64,000 nucleotides of DNA from contig JAHJRA010000044.1 in NCBI GenBank assembly GCA_018831045.1, positions 20,731 through 84,730 of the forward strand, read 5' to 3'. Below are positions 58,911 to 64,000 of this stretch, piece by piece. The notes under the pieces were generated by a model that saw only the letters and a program-made list of their open reading frames with translations, did no database searches and was not told where the DNA came from. Origin of the DNA: Gammaproteobacteria bacterium (lineage in GTDB: Bacteria; Pseudomonadota; Gammaproteobacteria; Burkholderiales; Thiobacillaceae). Position 1 is the stretch's first letter. Each line of letters starts with the position of its first letter. A program made the position numbers and the translations under genes.

Positions 58911-59291
58911 CTACGCCGGGGCTTGCAATGCCGCCTTCATTGCCTGCTCTGACACCGGATAGGTCAACACGGCATGGATGGGAAACAGCTCCAGCAGCTT
59001 GCCGATATGGGGTTCTTCGCGAGGCTGCACGAACACGATCACCTTCGCCTGCGGCGCAAAGCGTTGCAAGGTCCGGATCGTGACGTCCAGGTTCGAGACG
59101 TTTGCACCGGCGTAGTTGTTGCCCCAGCCGTAGACGAATTCCCCGACGAAGAAATCGGGCGGCTGCTTCTGCAACGCCCGGTGGAGATTGCGCGCCGTGT
59201 CGAAGCGCTCAGCCACGATGTCCAGCTTCTGGTACAGGGCACTGAAGTCGGGTGGGAAGGGGGATTCGATCAGGGAAAAAAGTGTTGGCAT
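58911..59291 (-). CDS. Hypothetical protein with receiver-like alpha/beta pattern
   Basis: Clean ORF with codon usage like its neighbours; PDFFVGEF and GWGNNYAG.NVSNLDV. Confidence 0.7.
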   Translation of the reverse strand: MPTLFSLIESPFPPDFSALYQKLDIVAERFDTARNLHRALQKQPPDFFVGEFVYGWGNNYAGANVSNLDVTIRTLQRFAPQAKVIVFVQPREEPHIGKLLELFPIHAVLTYPVSEQAMKAALQAPA

Positions 59292-59635
59292 GCTGCGGGC
59301 GTTTACGTCGGAACGCATTGATTATCGTCCTGACAGGCTCGCGCAGGGAATGGGGCATGCACTTTTTTCCGATGCGGCTCTCCGTAATGCAAGTCACCGC
59401 CTCTGCTGTTTGATTGCCATCGCGCACGCTTTGCATGCACTGGCGGCGGGGCAGGCGAGGGAGGGGACGGCAACTCAGCCAGACTGCGCAAACGACTGCA
59501 CAGACCAGGAAAGTGCCATCAGTCATGAGGCCAGGCTCGAATGGTTTTCATGGCGAAAATCAATTCAGTCTGGCCCCTTTGAATTTCGTCAGTGACCAGG
59601 CAGGCGGGCGGGTCGGTGGGGTGACGCGCACGTCC

Positions 59636-60046
59636 TTACCCGACCGTGCCTTTCTTGGGATGCGGCAAGCTGAAAACGATGGATTGCCGTTCTAACTTGT
59701 CCCCCTTGCAGATGAAGGTGTCAGTCGCGAACGGGAAGACGCGATGCTTCGACTCGGCGTGCCATGTGATGACGATCATGTCGTGCCGGGCGTGCAGCGT
59801 ATCGAGGGTCAGCCCCGGCGAGTCGCCGTTGTCGATGATGCCGAACTCCGCGAGCAGGCCGCCGTAGAGTGCGCGGATCTGCTCCAGGCCTTCGAATACG
59901 CCATCCGGCGTGATCACGATCGAGGGTTCACCGAAGTCGTTCATTACCGCGTCGAGGTTGCCGGCGTTGAAGGCTGCGACGTGTCGCTCGAAGAGGGCCT
60001 GTGCCTGCTGTTCCCGGGTTGTGTGGGTCTGTGTACGTGTGAGCAT
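59636..60046 (-). CDS. SnoaL/NTF2-like protein
   Basis: H.AAFNAG.LDAVM.D, G.EQIRA.Y and DTFI. AGGAGG RBS. Confidence 0.8.
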   Translation of the reverse strand: MLTRTQTHTTREQQAQALFERHVAAFNAGNLDAVMNDFGEPSIVITPDGVFEGLEQIRALYGGLLAEFGIIDNGDSPGLTLDTLHARHDMIVITWHAESKHRVFPFATDTFICKGDKLERQSIVFSLPHPKKGTVG

Positions 60047-60113
60047 GATGCCTCCTGCTTGCATGTGCCGGCGGGCGGGCCGCTTGACCGGCGACCCCGT
60101 CGGCGTTGCTGGG

Positions 60114-60983
60114 TTACTTCCGCGTGATTACCACTTCCAGGTACTCGCTGGGGACAACCAGCGAGTGTGTCCCGCCGACGTTCAGGCGCTCAAGCAACGC
60201 GCCGATGTCCTGGGTCAGTCTCGCCTGACGATCGGGATCAAGCGCGGCGTACACCTTGTAGGTCGGCCCGTAGAAGTTGCGGAACACCTCGATCCAGTGC
60301 GCGGGAGATTGATAGCGGAAGTTGAATCGGCGCCGCTCGCTGCGGATGTCGGTGGCATCCGGGCCGAACAGCTCGACGATGCGCGGCTCGGTTCCCCACA
60401 ACATCGGGGATTGCAGGCCTGCCGGCGGCGGCACATAGGAGGCAATCAGGCGAAAGAGGTCGCCGATGAAGCCTTCGGGTGTCCAGCTCGCCAGGCCGAT
60501 GCGGCCACCGCTGCGCACCACGCGCGTCAATTCGCGCGCCGCGCTTACCTGGTCGGGCGCGAACATCACGCCGAACGTGGACAGCGCGACATCGAAGGCA
60601 CCGTCGGCAAATGGCAAGTCTTCTGCATCGGCTGTCTGGAACCGGACATCCAGTCTATTGGCGCGGGCGCGCTCGGCGCCTCTTTCGAGCAGATCCGGCA
60701 CATAGTCGGTCGAGGTCACGTGCGCAAAGCGGCGCGCTGCCGCCAGCGTGGCATTGCCATTGCCTGCGGCCACGTCCAGCACCTGCTCGCCGGCGCACAG
60801 GTCTACCGCTTCCGCCAGATGTTCGCCGACGATCTGCAGCGTCGTGCCGACGATGGCATAGTCGCCGCTGGCCCAAGTGGCCTGCTGGCGCTGCTTGATC
60901 GCGCTGAAATCAACTTGGGCTTGGCCGGGAGGAGGGGTCCGGCCTGATGCGGCCGGGGTGCAAGCATTCAGTTCGTGATTCAT
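60114..60983 (-). CDS. Class I SAM-dependent methyltransferase
   Basis: QQATWASGDY, LDVAAGNGN, DAEDLPF, FGVMFAPD and SEYLEV. Confidence 0.9.
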   Translation of the reverse strand: MNHELNACTPAASGRTPPPGQAQVDFSAIKQRQQATWASGDYAIVGTTLQIVGEHLAEAVDLCAGEQVLDVAAGNGNATLAAARRFAHVTSTDYVPDLLERGAERARANRLDVRFQTADAEDLPFADGAFDVALSTFGVMFAPDQVSAARELTRVVRSGGRIGLASWTPEGFIGDLFRLIASYVPPPAGLQSPMLWGTEPRIVELFGPDATDIRSERRRFNFRYQSPAHWIEVFRNFYGPTYKVYAALDPDRQARLTQDIGALLERLNVGGTHSLVVPSEYLEVVITRK

Positions 60984-61035
60984 TTTGATTCTCCTGATGA
61001 GTGGAAAAAACCTGCTGACTGATGATTTGCCGTGC

Positions 61036-61269
61036 TCACATGCCGACCAGGCGGGCGTCGAATCCGCGGCGCACGACGGCGTGGAGGATGTGCTGCGTGT
61101 CGGTCTGCTCCGCATCGAAGTCCACGAGCAGCAGACGCGACGTCCGCGGGCTCACCCATACCCGGCTGACGCCCTGCAGGCAGCCAAGTTCGCTGACCAG
61201 TTCGTCGCCGGATTGCTGGCTGAGCGTCTGCCTGACGTCTACCAGGATGTTTCCCAGGGTTGCTTTCAT
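61036..61269 (-). CDS. Small HMA/ferredoxin-like fold protein without CxxC
   Basis: GVSRVWVS...LLVDFD...IL.AV...GF.A.L pattern. GGAGAG RBS. Confidence 0.6.
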   Translation of the reverse strand: MKATLGNILVDVRQTLSQQSGDELVSELGCLQGVSRVWVSPRTSRLLLVDFDAEQTDTQHILHAVVRRGFDARLVGM

Positions 61270-61545
61270 GATGACTCTCCTTGTTCGGATGAATGGGGCT
61301 GGCCGGGCCGGTCTTTCGTTGTCGGGCCGGCCTGTTTGCGTGCCGTCGAGTGTTCCCGGTGAGGCTTCACAGGCTGCGTTGTCCTTGCGTCATCGCCGCT
61401 CAACCAGCGACACCATTGTCTCGAATATGCTTTATTGATACTTCACCCTGCGTCGCGCAAACATGCCCGGGCGTCCGGGATTCGCGGGCCACTTGATTGC
61501 GTGTCCGCGCTTTCTGATCGAACGTCCGTCGAAAGGACCCTGCCC

Positions 61546-62547
61546 ATGAGCCGAGACACACTTTCCGATCTGCTGCGTGCCGTGCGTGTGCGCGGTGCGG
61601 TGTTCTATTACGTGAGTTGCAGCGAGCCGTGGTCCACGGAGGCGCCGCCGGCCAGCGAGATCGCCGAGGCGGTGATGCCGGGCTGCGAGCATGTCATCGA
61701 GTACCACATGATCGCCAAGGGAAGCGCCTGGGCCGCGGTCTCGGGCCAGCCGCCGGTGAAACTGGGCGCCGGGGACATCGTCATGTTCCCGCAGGGCGAT
61801 CGCCACGTCCTGTCGAGCGCACCGGGCATCGAGCCGCTGCGCCGCACGGCCGAGTGGGTTTTTTCCACCCGCAACGTCCCCAAGCCCATGCCGATAGCCT
61901 TTCATCATGGCGTGGTCGAGCCCGGGTCACCGCTACCCGTCGAAGCGGCAGACATGGTTGCCATATGCGGCTTCCTCGGCTGCGACCTGCGGCCGTTCAA
62001 TCCCTTGATCACGGCGCTGCCGCGCGTCCTGCATCTGCCGGCAGAGCGCGCCAGCGGCTGGGCCGGTCGCGTGATCGAACAGGCGGTCGTCGAGTCCAAC
62101 AGCCCACGGCCCGGCGGCGACGCCGTGCTCGAACGGCTGGCGGAGATGATGTTCGTCGACGCCGCCCGCCGCTATCTCGACAATCTGCCCGAGGATGCGA
62201 CGGGCTGGCTTGCCGGCTTGCGCGACCGCTTTGTCGGCAAGGCGCTTGAACTCATGCACGCGCATCCCGATCGCGACTGGACCGTCGATGATCTCGCCCG
62301 TGAAGTCGGCTTGTCGCGTTCCGCCCTGCATGAGCGCTTCATGCAATACCTGGGCGATCCGCCGATGCACTACCTGGCCAACTGGCGCATCCAGCGAGGC
62401 AGCCGGCTGTTGCGGGAATCGAATCGCACCGTGGCGACCATTGCCCTGGAAGTGGGCTATGAGTCCGAAGCCGCCTTTTCGCGCGCGTTCAAGCGCATGG
62501 TCGGCATGCCGCCGGCAGCGTGGAAAAAGGCGCAAGCCAGCCGATAA
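61546..62547 (+). CDS. AraC family regulator with Cupin_6 domain
   Basis: D.LSDLL, YHMIAKG, WTVDDLAREVGLSRS and GYESEAAFSRAFKR. Confidence 0.92.
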   Translation: MSRDTLSDLLRAVRVRGAVFYYVSCSEPWSTEAPPASEIAEAVMPGCEHVIEYHMIAKGSAWAAVSGQPPVKLGAGDIVMFPQGDRHVLSSAPGIEPLRRTAEWVFSTRNVPKPMPIAFHHGVVEPGSPLPVEAADMVAICGFLGCDLRPFNPLITALPRVLHLPAERASGWAGRVIEQAVVESNSPRPGGDAVLERLAEMMFVDAARRYLDNLPEDATGWLAGLRDRFVGKALELMHAHPDRDWTVDDLAREVGLSRSALHERFMQYLGDPPMHYLANWRIQRGSRLLRESNRTVATIALEVGYESEAAFSRAFKRMVGMPPAAWKKAQASR

Positions 62548-62791
62548 CCCGTGGCTTGGACGCGGGGAACGTTGCATGGGCAGGCAATAAAGTGCGGCTG
62601 GGGAAGCCTGATCAGAAAACCGTCATCCGCGCTGAGTGATCACCCTTCAAGCCTGAACGCGGGATCGGGTCATGCATTGCCGTACCGCATTGCAAGAGCC
62701 GGTCCCGATTTTTCGTGAGTCCGATTTCTCGAAATACACGACGAATTCGTAGGCTATTCTGAGTAGTCAATTCAGCCAAAGGAGTGAACAC

Positions 62792-63094
62792 ATGAGCCAA
62801 AACCAACGTATCGAACAGAAATTCGATTTCTATGAATCACACCTGAAGCATATCGATGAACTTTTGGAACGCTCCAGCAAAGGCGTAACCAATCGTCCGG
62901 AACATGCGGATATCCACGCACAGATAACGACCCTGAAAAATGAACGCGATCAGTACGCCAAGCACATTGATACGTTGAAACAGGGGTCTATTGCCGATAT
63001 GCAGGAAAAAATGATTGAAGGGGCTGGCCCAATGGGTGTGTGGGATGCGCTCGCCCAGCAATTGGAGAAACTGGTTGAGCGTATTGAACGCTAG
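62792..63094 (+). CDS. Hypothetical helical protein (100 aa)
   Basis: AGGAG RBS, AT-richer codon usage, coiled-coil character. Confidence 0.7.
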   Translation: MSQNQRIEQKFDFYESHLKHIDELLERSSKGVTNRPEHADIHAQITTLKNERDQYAKHIDTLKQGSIADMQEKMIEGAGPMGVWDALAQQLEKLVERIER

Positions 63095-63287
63095 GGAAGC
63101 GCGATCGGCGAGTCCGTCCGCACCTTCCTCGGGGAAACGGCGCAGCCGTTTGCAGGCGGTGCGCACGCTGCCCCCGCCCCAGTTCCCTGGGTATGCCCCG
63201 AGTGAACCCCCAGCTGTGAAATCACACCCGGGGCAGCGATCGCTTTAACAGGATCGGGTTTGCTTCCCCGGCGTTCATCCCGAAGGC

Positions 63288-63665
63288 TTAATCGCCCTGT
63301 TCAACTGCTTTCGCCTGCCACAGTGCAAAAGTGGCGCCGGTGGGATCGGTCAGGATGCTCAGCCAGCCATACCCCGCCACCTCCATCACATCCTGGCAAA
63401 TGCATGCACCAAGCGACTTGGCCTTCTCGGTGGCGGCAATGACATCGTCCACGCCGACATAGGCCAGCCAGTGTGGTGGCACGTCCGCGGCCGGCATACC
63501 CATCATCCCGCCGCCGACGCCATCACCGACATCGATCATGGTGTAGGCGCTGCCGTCTGGCATGAGCAGGTCCTGCAGTTTCCAGTCGAACAGCGTGGAA
63601 TAAAACGCCTTGGCCTTGGCGAGATCGCCGGTATGCAGTTCGACATGCATGAAAGGATTTGCCAT
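63288..63665 (-). CDS. VOC/glyoxalase family protein
   Basis: HVEL.T.D...AKAFY..LFDW, HWLAYVGVDD and DPTGATFALWQ. Confidence 0.92.
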   Translation of the reverse strand: MANPFMHVELHTGDLAKAKAFYSTLFDWKLQDLLMPDGSAYTMIDVGDGVGGGMMGMPAADVPPHWLAYVGVDDVIAATEKAKSLGACICQDVMEVAGYGWLSILTDPTGATFALWQAKAVEQGD

Positions 63666-63924
63666 GTTCGTTTCTCCTTTGAATCAGGTAACGCCGATCA
63701 GCCATCCAGGCGCCAGAAGACGACGTCCGCATGAAGCGCCAGGCCGCCTGGGGTGAACGACAAGGGGAAAGTTCAGTTTAGGTCAGGCCAGCGGAACTGG
63801 CACGACAGGGTGGACACACCCACCTGATCAGGGTGGTCTACGATTCGAATTCCACCCGTAGAGGCCACGCCCAGGTCGCCGGAATCTAGCGAGCCGTCGC
63901 CCGCCGTCACAAAGGAGTGATCCC

Positions 63925-64000
63925 ATGAACCACGAACACGTATTGCAAACCACGATCGACGACCTGGTGCAGACAGGGCGCGGCATTCTCGCCGCCGACG
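63925..64000 (+). CDS. Fructose-bisphosphate aldolase class I, 3'-truncated by the window edge
   Basis: AAGGAG RBS, then MNHEHVLQTTIDDLVQTGRGILAAD (G+GILAADE motif). Confidence 0.75.
   Translation, partial: MNHEHVLQTTIDDLVQTGRGILAAD

Noticed and set aside
63798-63812. TGGCAC -24 element upstream of the aldolase
   Set aside because: No GC at the -12 position.
50800-64000. Genomic island or prophage in the compositionally patchy right end
   Set aside because: No integrase, transposase, tRNA or phage genes are visible; only the local rlmA duplication is supportable.

Overview
GC-rich betaproteobacterial chromosome segment. The gene set (nar, clade I nos, SQR-like and DsrC-like genes, PEP-CTERM) suggests a denitrifying sulfur oxidizer resembling Thiobacillus; this taxonomy is inference. 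1-4.2 kb holds phosphoketolase and glycogen phosphorylase. 4.2-31.7 kb is a denitrification island: short modE, DUF302, the minus-strand narK1-narK2-narGHJI-sqr-like-dsrC-like-nnrS operon, a lipoprotein cytochrome c5, nosZRDFYL-orf-orf-nosL2, and narXL, with two NarL 7-2-7 sites. 31.7-50.8 kb is mixed housekeeping and regulation (crcB, DUF190, TauE, diguanylate cyclase, CobD-like, SpmAB, ppx, DUF599, sigma54 two-component system, Crp, YbaL, PFOR, DHOD-like). 50.8-64 kb is an accessory patchwork (methyltransferases, GGDEF, glycosylase, RlmA-like, PEP-CTERM, repeat autotransporter, AraC module, start of a class I aldolase). No rRNA, tRNA, CRISPR, transposase or integrase was seen. Top leads: (1) an SQR homolog lacking all three catalytic cysteines, carrying a ribbon-helix-helix-like tail and followed by a DsrC homolog lacking its terminal Cys, both at the end of the nar operon; (2) a toxin-antitoxin-like pair translationally coupled inside the nos operon; (3) a duplicated rlmA 5' end bracketing the PEP-CTERM gene.
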